Below the pieces are notes generated by a model, which ran no database searches, was not told the origin of the DNA, and saw nothing but the letters and a program-made list of their open reading frames with translations. A stretch of 64,000 bases of DNA from an uncultured Alphaproteobacteria bacterium (GTDB taxonomy: Bacteria; Pseudomonadota; Alphaproteobacteria; UBA6615): assembly GCA_943787445.1 (NCBI GenBank), contig CALSML010000025.1, positions 1,335 through 65,334 on the forward strand. Reading direction: 5' to 3'. The position numbers were made by a program, and so were the translations under genes. This document shows positions 1 to 9,182 of the stretch, piece after piece. Position 1 is the stretch's first letter; each line of letters begins with the position of its first letter.

Positions 1-628
1 TCGGCACAGCGAGGGAACGGAGGCCGGTTTCAAGTTCCTGATCGACCAGCGCATAACCCTTCAGACGTGCAGTTTCGATGGCGTCCCGCAGCTCGTTGAT
101 GTCGGTTTTGCTATGGTCGGTGAATTTGTATGGAACGATATCCGCCAGATAGGCATCAAGCATTTCCGGGGTTTGATGAGAAAGAAGCACCCGACCGAGC
201 GAGGTCACATGAGCGGGTAAACGGGTGCCAATACTCAGATTGATCGACATGATCCGGGTGGCTGATACACGGGCCACGTAAATTACGTCTTTGCCATCGA
301 GTACGGAGGCTGAGCAGGATTCCTGAAGCTCCTTTACCACGTCTTCCATAGCGGGTTGGGCGTTCTGCCACCAGTTCAGAGACGACAAATAGGCATAACC
401 AAGGCCCAGAACATGTGGGGTCAGGGAAAATTTGCGCCCGTCATTTCGGATGTGGCCTAGCTGTTCTAGGGTCAACAGGAAACGACGTGCCGTGGCGCGT
501 GTTGTCCCGGTGGCTTCAGCAACCTCACTGATGGTCATTTCCGAACTGTCTGGCCCAAATGCTTGAATCACGGCGAGGCCGCGTTCCAGTGATTGGACAA
601 ATTCGGAGTTTGCAGCGCGTCCAGACAT
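1..628 (-). CDS. IclR-family transcriptional regulator (PcaR/PobR type), truncated by window edge
   Basis: Manual translation, not in the ORF track: MSGRAANSEFVQSLERGLAVIQAF...TRATARRFLLTL...IGTRLPAHVTSLGRVLL...GYALVDQELETGLRSLAVP; open to position 1. Confidence 0.92.
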   Translation of the reverse strand, partial: MSGRAANSEFVQSLERGLAVIQAFGPDSSEMTISEVAEATGTTRATARRFLLTLEQLGHIRNDGRKFSLTPHVLGLGYAYLSSLNWWQNAQPAMEDVVKELQESCSASVLDGKDVIYVARVSATRIMSINLSIGTRLPAHVTSLGRVLLSHQTPEMLDAYLADIVPYKFTDHSKTDINELRDAIETARLKGYALVDQELETGLRSLAVP

Positions 629-670
629 TGACCGGTATCTTGGTGAATCGTAGAATGCGTATGTCGAACT

Positions 671-691
671 TATGTTCGTATTACGAACATA
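671..691. promoter_or_regulatory. IclR/PcaR-type operator palindrome
   Basis: TATGTTCGTA-T-TACGAACATA has perfect 10-bp arms and a GTNCG-N5-CGNAC core; lies between the divergent IclR and dioxygenase genes. Confidence 0.75.
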
Positions 692-850
692 CCAATTATG
701 AAGTACGGTGTCGACGCCATTCTTGTCTGTTTCTCCATGGCGAACACCTAAACCGAGCGCGGTTGCGAATGTTGAGCCTTTAGGCGCATTCTTGGGCCAA
801 TTGAATTAGCTGTATCCCGCACCACATGGGCGCGGTTTCGAGGAGATAAG

Positions 851-1780
851 ATGCGTGACCTGACCGAATCAAATGTGACAGATGCAGTCCTGAATGTGAT
901 TGCGGATGACACCAATCCACGACTGAAGGAGATCATGGAGGCGCTTATTCGTCATTCCCATGACTTCATTCGTGAAGTGAATCTGAGCCCGGATGAATTG
1001 CTCTACGCAGCACGCTTCATTCAGAATGTGGGCCATATATCCGATGACAAGCGGGAAGAGGGTGTGTTGCTGGGCGATGTTCTTGGCATGACTGCTCTGG
1101 TGGAAATCCTTGGGGACCGTGAGCGCACAGGCGCAACGGAATCCAGTCTTCTGGGGCCGTTCTATCGTGAGGGTGCTCCGGCCCGCGAGATGGGCTTTGA
1201 CATCTCACTGGATGATGATGAAGGCGAGCCCGCATTTCTGCAGGGGCGCGTGCTTGATTCAGATGGAAACCCGATCGAAGGCGTTATTCTGGATCTCTGG
1301 CAGACCTCCCCGAACATGTTCTACGAGGCCCAGGTCGGGCAGCCGAAGGACTATGAAGACTATGCGTATCGCGGGAAGTTCAAGACCGGTGCGGATGGTC
1401 GCTACTGGTTCCGCTCCCGTAAGCCTGTTGATTATCCGGTTCCGACCGATGGTCCGGTTGGATTGATTCTGCATGGCACGGGCCGTCATTCCTGGCGGCC
1501 GGCACATCTGCACTATCTCATCTACAAGGACGGTTTTCAGACCATCCAGACCGAGATGTTCAACAGCGACAGCAAATATCTGGATTCAGATGCTGTCTTT
1601 GGCGTCAAGGAATCACTGATCATCCCTTACGAGAAGATCGACGATCCCGCACGCGCTGAGGAATACGGTTTTAATGGTCCGTTCTACGAAGGCATTTTTG
1701 ATTTCGTCATGAAGGACGATGCCAGCGTCAAGGATGCGGAAGCGGCATACAGCGAACGCGCTAGCATGAGCTCGTCCTAG
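851..1780 (+). CDS. Intradiol ring-cleavage dioxygenase (hydroxyquinol/catechol 1,2-dioxygenase family)
   Basis: N-terminal PRLKEIM..LIRHSHDFIREV, LGPFY, FYE and YPVP Tyr ligands, WRPAHLH His ligands, DAVFGVKESL. Confidence 0.92.
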   Translation: MRDLTESNVTDAVLNVIADDTNPRLKEIMEALIRHSHDFIREVNLSPDELLYAARFIQNVGHISDDKREEGVLLGDVLGMTALVEILGDRERTGATESSLLGPFYREGAPAREMGFDISLDDDEGEPAFLQGRVLDSDGNPIEGVILDLWQTSPNMFYEAQVGQPKDYEDYAYRGKFKTGADGRYWFRSRKPVDYPVPTDGPVGLILHGTGRHSWRPAHLHYLIYKDGFQTIQTEMFNSDSKYLDSDAVFGVKESLIIPYEKIDDPARAEEYGFNGPFYEGIFDFVMKDDASVKDAEAAYSERASMSSS

Positions 1781-1863
1781 TCCGGGACCCACAATCTGGT
1801 GTAATTCTTTTCGGCGCAACCTTCCGGGGTGGCGCCGAAATTCGTAAGGGGAGGGTATGGCTG

Positions 1864-2760
1864 ATGAGCCTGAACGATCTGAAAATCGGCTGGATCGGAG
1901 CCGGCAAGATGGGCGGTCCGATGAGCCGAAATCTTGTTGCTGCAGGAGCCGAGGTCATCGTGTTCGACCCGGTCGCTGCAAATGTCGAGGCTGTCGTCGC
2001 CGGTGGCGCACAGGCCGGAGCATCCAATCAGGATCTGGCACAGAGGGCCGACATCGTTGTCTCGATGATTCCCAATGATGTAGTGTTGCGATCCATAGCC
2101 CTTGGAGATGACGGCATTCTGGCGACCATGAAATCGGGGGCGACCTACCTCGATATGAGCACGGTGTCTCCGCAGGCGTCTGCTGAAATATCCGCAGACG
2201 CGGAAGCGAAGGGGATCGGTTATGTGCGCGCGCCGGTGTCGGGAAGTACGGTGCTGGCGGAAGCAGCGACCCTGACGATCATGGCATCCGGCCCTAAGGC
2301 GTCCTATGAAAAATGTGTTCCCTTGTTCGAGGTGCTCGGGGCTCAGAATTTCTATCTCGGGGATAGCGAACAGGCGCGATACCTGAAACTGGTTGTGAAT
2401 CTGCTGGTGGGAACCACAGGCGCGGTATTGGCGGAGGCTTTGACGCTGGGCCGCAAGGGCGGGCTGGACTGGCAGCAGATGCTCGATGTGATCGGGGTCA
2501 GCGCCGCAGCATCGCCCTATGTTCAATACAATCTGGCTCCGCTGAAGGCGCGAGACTTCTCGGCCTTGTTCACCACCGAGCAGATGGTGAAGGATTCACG
2601 TCTGATTCGTGATGCTGGCGAAGCCACAGGTGTTCCGCTGGCAATCGGGCAGGCGATGCTGCAGATGTTCGAGGATACAATCGAGACCGGCTACGGCGAG
2701 GAAAACCTCACCGCAGCCATCAAGATGCTCGAAAGCAAATCGGGCCTTGATGAAATCTAG
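1864..2760 (+). CDS. NAD(P)-dependent beta-hydroxyacid dehydrogenase (3-hydroxyisobutyrate dehydrogenase / tartronate semialdehyde reductase family)
   Basis: GWIGAGKMG, DMSTVSP, APVSGS, catalytic Lys in LKLVVN. Confidence 0.88.
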   Translation: MSLNDLKIGWIGAGKMGGPMSRNLVAAGAEVIVFDPVAANVEAVVAGGAQAGASNQDLAQRADIVVSMIPNDVVLRSIALGDDGILATMKSGATYLDMSTVSPQASAEISADAEAKGIGYVRAPVSGSTVLAEAATLTIMASGPKASYEKCVPLFEVLGAQNFYLGDSEQARYLKLVVNLLVGTTGAVLAEALTLGRKGGLDWQQMLDVIGVSAAASPYVQYNLAPLKARDFSALFTTEQMVKDSRLIRDAGEATGVPLAIGQAMLQMFEDTIETGYGEENLTAAIKMLESKSGLDEI

Positions 2761-2771
2761 GTAAGTCCCGC

Positions 2772-3185
<414 letters not shown>

Positions 3186-4397
3186 CTACAGGCCGTGGTA
3201 GCCGCGTTCGCCATGCATCGCGAGATCGAGGCCCTGAACCTCGGTTTCTTCATCGACACGGAATTTGACGAACATCTTCAGTATTTTGACGATGACGTAT
3301 GTCAGTACGCCCGACCAGACAGCGACAATCCCGATCCCGATCAACTGAACACCAAGCTGGCTTCCAATGGTCATGCCTTCTGCAAGGCCACGTCCACCAA
3401 GTGCCGCTGTGACGAAGAAAGCTACGAGGACACTGCCCAATGCACCGCCGATACCGTGAACGGCAAAGACATCGAGTGAATCGTCGATTTTGAGACGCTG
3501 TTTTATCAACTGTGTGATCATGTAGCAGACCACACCGCCGGACAGACCCAGTATCAGACCACCGATCGGGCCGACAGAACCCGATGCGGGTGTGATAGTG
3601 GCCAGACCGGCAACCATACCGGTAACCGCACCAATCAGACTGGCTTTGCGGTAGCGGATCAGTTCCATCACCGACCATGCGATCGCGCCGGCCGCTGCAG
3701 AGAGGTGGGTGACCGTCATTGCCATGCCCGCCGAGCCGTCTGCTGTGAGCGCGGACCCGGCATTGAAGCCGAACCAGCCGACCCAGAGCATGGACGCACC
3801 GATCATGGTCATGCCGGGATTGTGTGGCGGCTGCACTTCGCTGGGAAAGCCGCGACGCGGTCCAAGCATCATTGCAAGCACCAAGGCCGAGGTCCCGGCT
3901 GTGACATGGACAACCACGCCGCCGGCAAAGTCGATCAGGCCCATGTCAGCGAGGAACCCGCCACCCCAGACCCAATGCACCACCGGCGCATAGACGAGCA
4001 GTACCCAGACCAGCGAAAAGGCGATTACAAAAGAGAAGTGAATGCGCTCGGGGTAGGCGCCAACGATCAAGGCCGGCGTGATGATGGCGAAGGTCATCTG
4101 GAACATGAAAAACAGGCTTTCGGGAATGGTCCCCGAAACTGTGTCGACACCGACCCCCGTAAGGAAGGACTTTCCGAGCCCGCCCCACCAGGCATTGCCG
4201 TCACCGAATGCGATCGAATAGGCGACCACGAACCAGAGAATGGAAACCGTTGCCGCAATGGCGAAACAGTTCATAAGAACCGACAGCACGTTCTGGGAAC
4301 GCACGAGACCTGCATAAAAGAGGGCAAGCCCCGGCAGGGTCATGAAGAGCACAAGCGCTGTCGAAGTTAGAATCCAAGCTGTGTCAGCTCCGTTCAT
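3186..4397 (-). CDS. amtB: Ammonium transporter (Amt family)
   Basis: DTAW..LVLFM..PGLALFY, FQMTFA, DFAGGVVVH, GWFGFNAGS, DDSLDVFAVHG. Confidence 0.96.
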   Translation of the reverse strand: MNGADTAWILTSTALVLFMTLPGLALFYAGLVRSQNVLSVLMNCFAIAATVSILWFVVAYSIAFGDGNAWWGGLGKSFLTGVGVDTVSGTIPESLFFMFQMTFAIITPALIVGAYPERIHFSFVIAFSLVWVLLVYAPVVHWVWGGGFLADMGLIDFAGGVVVHVTAGTSALVLAMMLGPRRGFPSEVQPPHNPGMTMIGASMLWVGWFGFNAGSALTADGSAGMAMTVTHLSAAAGAIAWSVMELIRYRKASLIGAVTGMVAGLATITPASGSVGPIGGLILGLSGGVVCYMITQLIKQRLKIDDSLDVFAVHGIGGALGSVLVAFFVTAALGGRGLAEGMTIGSQLGVQLIGIGIVAVWSGVLTYVIVKILKMFVKFRVDEETEVQGLDLAMHGERGYHGL

Positions 4398-4597
4398 GAT
4401 TCAACTCCTGAGAGTAAGTTGTTGATGTGTTTTTATTGTTTGTAGAGGCACGACATAGCTGACGAACGGCATGTAACGATCTGCCTCTGCAAAAGCAGGT
4501 GCAGTTTCAACTTTGGCGATCCCCCGATACGGCGTTTGTGCGATGTGTTTCTTATTTGGCCGCGGGTAGGCTATGGCAGGGATAATATATTTCTCAA

Positions 4598-5923
4598 ATG
4601 AGTTCGCAAGGGGGGCTTGTGGTCAAAATCCGAACGAGACCGCGGCAGGACGGTTCGCCTGAAAGCGTTTTGTGCGATTTGTTTGAGCAGGCGTTGCTAG
4701 CGTCGGATCCAATGTCGTGTGTACCGGTGCATCTGCCCGAATTGGCTGAGAACGGACGCGTTGTCGTTGTCGGTGCGGGCAAGGCGTCTGCGGCGATGGC
4801 GAAGGCGGTTGAAGACGAGGCCCGGGCGCGGGGGTGGCTCGATCGGGTCGAAGGCATTGTTGTCACCCGTTACGGACATGCTGTGGCGTGTGAGCGCATC
4901 GAAATCATCGAGGCGTCACATCCCGTTCCCGACGTTGCCGGTGAAATTGCGGCCCAGCGTGTCCTTGAACTGGCGCACGGCCTGAATTCACAGGACATGC
5001 TCCTCTGCCTGGTGTCGGGCGGTGGTTCGGCGCTGCTGGCATTGCCCGCGGACGGCGTCAGCGCGGCTGAGAAAGCCGCGGTCAATCGCGCGTTGCTGCG
5101 CAGCGGCGCGCCGATTGATGAGATGAACTGTGTGCGCAAGCATATTTCGGCAATAAAGGGCGGTCGGCTGGCCGCAGCGGCGGCACCGGCCCATGTCGTC
5201 AGTCTGATGATTTCCGATGTGCCCCGGGATGATCCGTCGGTCATCGCCTCGGGACCGACTGTCCCGGACCGGACAACCTCGGCGGACGCGCTGGCGGTGC
5301 TGGAACGCTACGGGATCGAGACGCCATCCAGCATTCGAGGATTGCTTGAGTCCGCGGCGGGGGAAACGCCCAAGCCCGGTGACGCCACCTTTGCGAATGT
5401 GGAGAACATCATCATCGCCAAGCCCGGCGATATGCTGACCGCGGTTGCGGATACGGCGGAATTGCGGGGTCTGCACGTGGTCTCCCTTGGTGCCGATCTG
5501 GAAGGGGAGGCCCGTGATCTCGGACGGGAACACGCGGCACTGGCACGGCGCCTGAAGCGCGAGCGTCAGGGCGATCGGCCGATTGTCGTTCTCTCCGGTG
5601 GGGAGACGACGGTGACGGTTCGTGGTGAGGGTCGCGGCGGGCGAAATGCCGAATACGCGCTTGGTCTGGCGGCCGGGCTGCTGGGACAGGTGGGAGTATA
5701 TGGTCTTGCCTGCGACACCGATGGCATTGACGGGGTGGAAGACAATGCCGGGGTTTTGGTGACGCCCGATACGCTGGAACGGGCGGTGGCGGCGAGGTTC
5801 GACGTGCAGGATGTCTTCGAGCGGAACGATGCCTACACGCTGTTTGCAGCACTCGATGATCTGGTGATGACCGGGCCGACGCGCACCAATGTGAATGACT
5901 TCCGGGCCATTCTGATTGTCTGA
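4598..5923 (+). CDS. Glycerate 2-kinase (GckA/TtuD, MOFRL family); start uncertain
   Basis: GAGKA, SGGGSAL, RKHISAIKGG, IASGPT, GGETTV, GGRN, DTDGIDG, TNVND. Confidence 0.92.
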   Translation: MSSQGGLVVKIRTRPRQDGSPESVLCDLFEQALLASDPMSCVPVHLPELAENGRVVVVGAGKASAAMAKAVEDEARARGWLDRVEGIVVTRYGHAVACERIEIIEASHPVPDVAGEIAAQRVLELAHGLNSQDMLLCLVSGGGSALLALPADGVSAAEKAAVNRALLRSGAPIDEMNCVRKHISAIKGGRLAAAAAPAHVVSLMISDVPRDDPSVIASGPTVPDRTTSADALAVLERYGIETPSSIRGLLESAAGETPKPGDATFANVENIIIAKPGDMLTAVADTAELRGLHVVSLGADLEGEARDLGREHAALARRLKRERQGDRPIVVLSGGETTVTVRGEGRGGRNAEYALGLAAGLLGQVGVYGLACDTDGIDGVEDNAGVLVTPDTLERAVAARFDVQDVFERNDAYTLFAALDDLVMTGPTRTNVNDFRAILIV

Positions 5924-5931
5924 ACCACCTT

Positions 5932-5996
5932 ATTTATCAGTTGAAAAGTAACGCTTGCCTGATCTTTGGGGTGCTGTTATTGATCGTTTGATAAAT
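5932..5996. promoter_or_regulatory. Pair of imperfect palindromes, candidate TetR operators
   Basis: ATTTATCAGTTGAAAAGT (5932-5949) and ATTGATCGTTTGATAAAT (5979-5996) both fit ATTTATCA-NN-TGATAAAT. Confidence 0.5.
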
Positions 5997-6032
5997 GGTG
6001 CGATTGAGCGCCATACGAATTCGGAGACGCCC

Positions 6033-7277
6033 ATGAGCCAGACAGCCTCCCAAGACTCAGCATCCAACGAGCCAGCATCCAACACAACGCCGACCGTGAC
6101 CCGGGAAGACATTCTCGCGCGCGCCGAAGCGCTTTTGCCCGTCGTGGCCGAACGCGCCGATACCGCGACCGAAGAGCGGCGTCTGCCCGAAGCCAATGTC
6201 CGCGATTTCCTGGATGCGGGTCTGTTCCAGATTCTCCAGCCCAAACGGGTCGGGGGCCTGGAGCTGGATTTCGGCATGCTGGTGGAGGTCGGCGCGGTGA
6301 TCTCCCGGGTCTGCGCGTCGAGCGGCTGGAACGTCTCCAACATCGCCAGCCACCACTGGATGCTGGGCATGTGGCCCGAAGAGGCCCAGAACGAAGTCTG
6401 GGGCAAGAACGGCGAGACGGCGGACACGCTGATCTGCGCGTCGGTGATCTTTCCCGCCGGCCGCGCCAAACGGGTGGATGGCGGCTATCTGCTCAGCGGC
6501 CGCTGGCCGTTCTGCTCGGGGATCGATCCCAGCGAGTGGAACATGCTCGGCGGCATGGTCGAAGCCGATGACGACCACCCCGAGAAAGAAGCGCGGATGT
6601 TCCTGCTGCGCAAATCCGAGCACGAGGTGATCGACACCTGGTTCACCTCGGGCCTGCAGGGCACGGGCTCGAAGGATTCCGCGGCGGAAGAGATTTTCAT
6701 CCCCGAACACATGACCGTGGCCGCCGACGATGTGAAGGGCGGGCCGACCCCGGGCAGCGCTGTCAATCCCGGCGCGCTTTATCAGGTGCCGGTGATCGCG
6801 CCGTTCCCCTATGTGCTGACGGGAATGCCCCTGGGGATCGCCGAAGGGGTCTATCACAACTATGTGGAGGGCATGAAGGCCCGGACCGCCAATTACACCG
6901 GCGCGCGCATTGCCGATCTGCAGAACATCCAGATCAAGGTGGCCGAAGCCGGCGCCGCCATCGATGCCGCGCGGCTGATGATGATGGCCGATTGCGATCT
7001 GTCCATGCAGATTGCCGGACGCGGCGAAGCACCGGACCTGGAAACCAAGGCCAAGTTCCGGCGCAACGGCGCCTATTCGGCCAATCTGTGTGTGGAGGCG
7101 GTCAACATTCTCTATCAGGCGAGCGGGGGCGGCGGCATCTACACCCGCAACCCGCTGGCACGTGCCTTCCGGGACATTCACGCCGCGCGGGCCCATATCG
7201 CCTTCAACATGGATGTGGCGGGTGCGACCTTCGGGCGGATCGCCCTGGGCCTCGGCTCCGACAACGCGGTTCTCTAG
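6033..7277 (+). CDS. Flavin-dependent monooxygenase, oxygenase component (HsaA/C2-HpaH-like, acyl-CoA dehydrogenase fold)
   Basis: AGLFQILQPKRVGG, LSGRWPFCSG, DTWFTSGLQGTGS, PLARAFRDIHA; ATG at 6033 follows GGAG. Confidence 0.88.
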   Translation: MSQTASQDSASNEPASNTTPTVTREDILARAEALLPVVAERADTATEERRLPEANVRDFLDAGLFQILQPKRVGGLELDFGMLVEVGAVISRVCASSGWNVSNIASHHWMLGMWPEEAQNEVWGKNGETADTLICASVIFPAGRAKRVDGGYLLSGRWPFCSGIDPSEWNMLGGMVEADDDHPEKEARMFLLRKSEHEVIDTWFTSGLQGTGSKDSAAEEIFIPEHMTVAADDVKGGPTPGSAVNPGALYQVPVIAPFPYVLTGMPLGIAEGVYHNYVEGMKARTANYTGARIADLQNIQIKVAEAGAAIDAARLMMMADCDLSMQIAGRGEAPDLETKAKFRRNGAYSANLCVEAVNILYQASGGGGIYTRNPLARAFRDIHAARAHIAFNMDVAGATFGRIALGLGSDNAVL

Positions 7278-7278
7278 T

Positions 7279-7968
7279 TTGGCAAGGCCCGACCAGACGC
7301 CGCCGGACCCTAGTTTGCAGACGACCCGCGTGGCGCCGCGCCAGCGGCTGAGTCCCGAGGCCCGCGAACGACAGATCGTCGACGGCGCGATCGCGTTTTT
7401 TGCCGAGGTCGGCTTGGCGGGCCAGACCCGCGAGCTGGCCCAGCGACTGGGGGTGACCCAGCCGCTGATCTATCGCTATTTCCCGACCAAGCAGGACCTG
7501 ATCGACCGGGTTTATGAGGAGGTCTTTGTCGGCCGCTGGCGGGCCGAGTGGACCGACCTGATCGGTGAGCGCGCGCGGCCCCTGCGGGACCGGCTGATCG
7601 CGTTCTACCGGATCTATGCGCGGGACGTGCTGACCTATGACTGGATCCGCATCTACATGTTTGCGGGCCTGGCCGGCGAGGACATCAACCGGCGCTATAT
7701 CGCCCTGCTGGAAGACCAGCTGCTGGTGCCGATCGCGCGGGAGGTGCGCGCGGCGGCGGGCGCGCCGGCGCTTTCGGAAACGCCGGTGAGCGGGCTGGAA
7801 ATCGAAGCGGCCTGGCACATTCACGCCGCGGTTTTCTATTACTTCGTGCGCAAGCACATCTACCGCGCCAAGACCGAACCGGACCTGAACGCGTTCATCG
7901 AGGATGCCGTCGACCGCACCCTGGATGGCGCACTCGCCGTGACACGGCGGGGGGGTGTGGCGGGGTGA
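7279..7968 (+). CDS. TetR/AcrR family transcriptional regulator (start uncertain)
   Basis: RERQIVDGAIAFFAEVG..TRELAQRLGVTQPLIYRYFPTKQDL helix-turn-helix. Confidence 0.9.
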   Translation: MARPDQTPPDPSLQTTRVAPRQRLSPEARERQIVDGAIAFFAEVGLAGQTRELAQRLGVTQPLIYRYFPTKQDLIDRVYEEVFVGRWRAEWTDLIGERARPLRDRLIAFYRIYARDVLTYDWIRIYMFAGLAGEDINRRYIALLEDQLLVPIAREVRAAAGAPALSETPVSGLEIEAAWHIHAAVFYYFVRKHIYRAKTEPDLNAFIEDAVDRTLDGALAVTRRGGVAG

Positions 7969-7982
7969 GTGGTTTCTCCCGT

Positions 7983-8074
7983 CGTCAAGCCCGCGAAGGC
8001 GGGCATCCATAAACACCGAAGCCAAACCTGTCAGTCGCCTGTGTTTATGGGGTCCCGCCTGCGCGGGAACGACG
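7983..8074. repeat. CGTC-tagged REP-like palindromic dimer
   Basis: CGTCAAGCCCGCGAAGGCGGGCATCCATAAACAC ... GTGTTTATGGGGTCCCGCCTGCGCGGGAACGACG; an inverted pair, each half an internal hairpin. Confidence 0.8.
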
Positions 8075-8107
8075 CACGAGGGGGTTACCCGTTATTTAGC
8101 CACACAC

Positions 8108-8189
8108 CGTCATGGCCGGACCTGATCCGGCCATCCACGTGGAGATGTTACGTGTCCCGCGGACGCCCGCAACACGTGCGGGCATGACG
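8108..8189. repeat. Second CGTC-tagged REP-like dimer (different subfamily)
   Basis: CGTCATGGCCGGACCTGATCCGGCCATCCACG ... CGCGGACGCCCGCAACACGTGCGGGCATGACG. Confidence 0.8.
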
Positions 8190-8265
8190 GATTGGCGGGG
8201 AAGGACGATTTCTTCCGCCTGTGCGATCATGATGCTCTGGAGCTTGCTGCTCCCCCCAAAAGAAT

Positions 8266-8290
8266 AAGGCCGGGCGTCTGCCCGGCCTTT
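8266..8290. terminator. Intrinsic terminator hairpin between convergent genes
   Basis: AAGGCCGGGC-GTCT-GCCCGGCCTTT. Confidence 0.7.
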
Positions 8291-8312
8291 CTGCATCTGG
8301 TTCCGGCGCGCG

Positions 8313-9047
8313 CTATTGTGCGGCGGCGGCTTCCTTGCGGGCTTTGCGTTTGGCCCACCAGGTCTGAATGTCCAGCTTGAAATGCATGTAATAGACCTTG
8401 GGGAAGATGATCAGGATGTCGAACAGGGCGATCCAGCCGCCCTTCAGGGTCACCGGGATGGTGATGAAGGGGGAGGCGCCGAGAATGGCGACATGTTCGT
8501 CGGGGTTGATCGTATCTCGGTTTTCCAGCGCCCGTTCCACATTGTGGGCGAAGGACCAGTCGGCCCGATAGGTCACCTGACCCTCCGGGTTGATCACATA
8601 GACGGTGTTGGGGAGCAGGCCCCAGTCGTGATGCCATTTGCCGGCGACGTCATCGACGATGATCTTGCGCTCTTCGTTGTAATCGTCGCGGTTGCGCTTG
8701 GCGTATTCGATCTTCCCGTCGATGGTTTCGGCCTGTTTGGCCTTCTCGCCGGGATGGGCTTCGCGGACATAGACCACAAGCCATTCCACATCGGGATATT
8801 TTTCCTTCAGCTTGGCGAAGGGCTTCACGTTCTTGACGTACATGGGGCAGGTCAGGCTGCCGGATTCGATCACCAGCCATTTGCCCTTGTAGTCGCTGAG
8901 GGAGACTTCCTTGCCGTCCAGATCGGTGAGGGTGTAGTCGTAATTGACGGTCTCACCAGCCTTCGGACCCGGGAAATAGCCGAGTTCGTAGTTGCTCATC
9001 TTGAAACGCGGATAGGCGTAGCTGTCGTCACGTGCGGGAGCTGACAT
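8313..9047 (-). CDS. Iodothyronine deiodinase-like thioredoxin/peroxiredoxin-fold protein (Cys form)
   Basis: LTDLDGKEVSLSDY.GKWLV, GSLTCP, VYVREAHP, IIVDD, LPN.VYVI..EG; hydrophobic C-terminal segment. Confidence 0.75.
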   Translation of the reverse strand: MSAPARDDSYAYPRFKMSNYELGYFPGPKAGETVNYDYTLTDLDGKEVSLSDYKGKWLVIESGSLTCPMYVKNVKPFAKLKEKYPDVEWLVVYVREAHPGEKAKQAETIDGKIEYAKRNRDDYNEERKIIVDDVAGKWHHDWGLLPNTVYVINPEGQVTYRADWSFAHNVERALENRDTINPDEHVAILGASPFITIPVTLKGGWIALFDILIIFPKVYYMHFKLDIQTWWAKRKARKEAAAAQ

Positions 9048-9182
9048 GATGTTACCTCCTCTTGGTAGTCATTGTTGGGTACTCAATTCGGCGCCACTGT
9101 AACAACCCGGCCGCATCAGCGAAACAGCTGAAATTTCAAGGTTTTGTGTACAGACCGGGCCTCTGGAGGCAGTTCTCACGCG

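Noticed and set aside
4487-4504. Sigma54 promoter or NtrC box upstream of amt
   Set aside because: TGCACCTGCTTTTGCA lacks the invariant GG at -24 and is one base short of the NtrC spacing.
7012-7278. Long N-terminal extension of the TetR ORF
   Set aside because: Overlaps the monooxygenase 3' end in another frame; the real start is probably at or after 7279.
7983-8290. CRISPR array or IS ends
   Set aside because: The repeats are inverted dimers, not regularly spaced direct repeats, and there is no cas gene or transposase in the window.
8316-9044. 242-aa ORF exactly antisense to the deiodinase-like gene
   Set aside because: Shadow ORF caused by strong GC3 bias; no motifs or RBS. The same applies to 6057-7196, 15053-16180, 17438-18538, 19445-20710 and 46807-48231.
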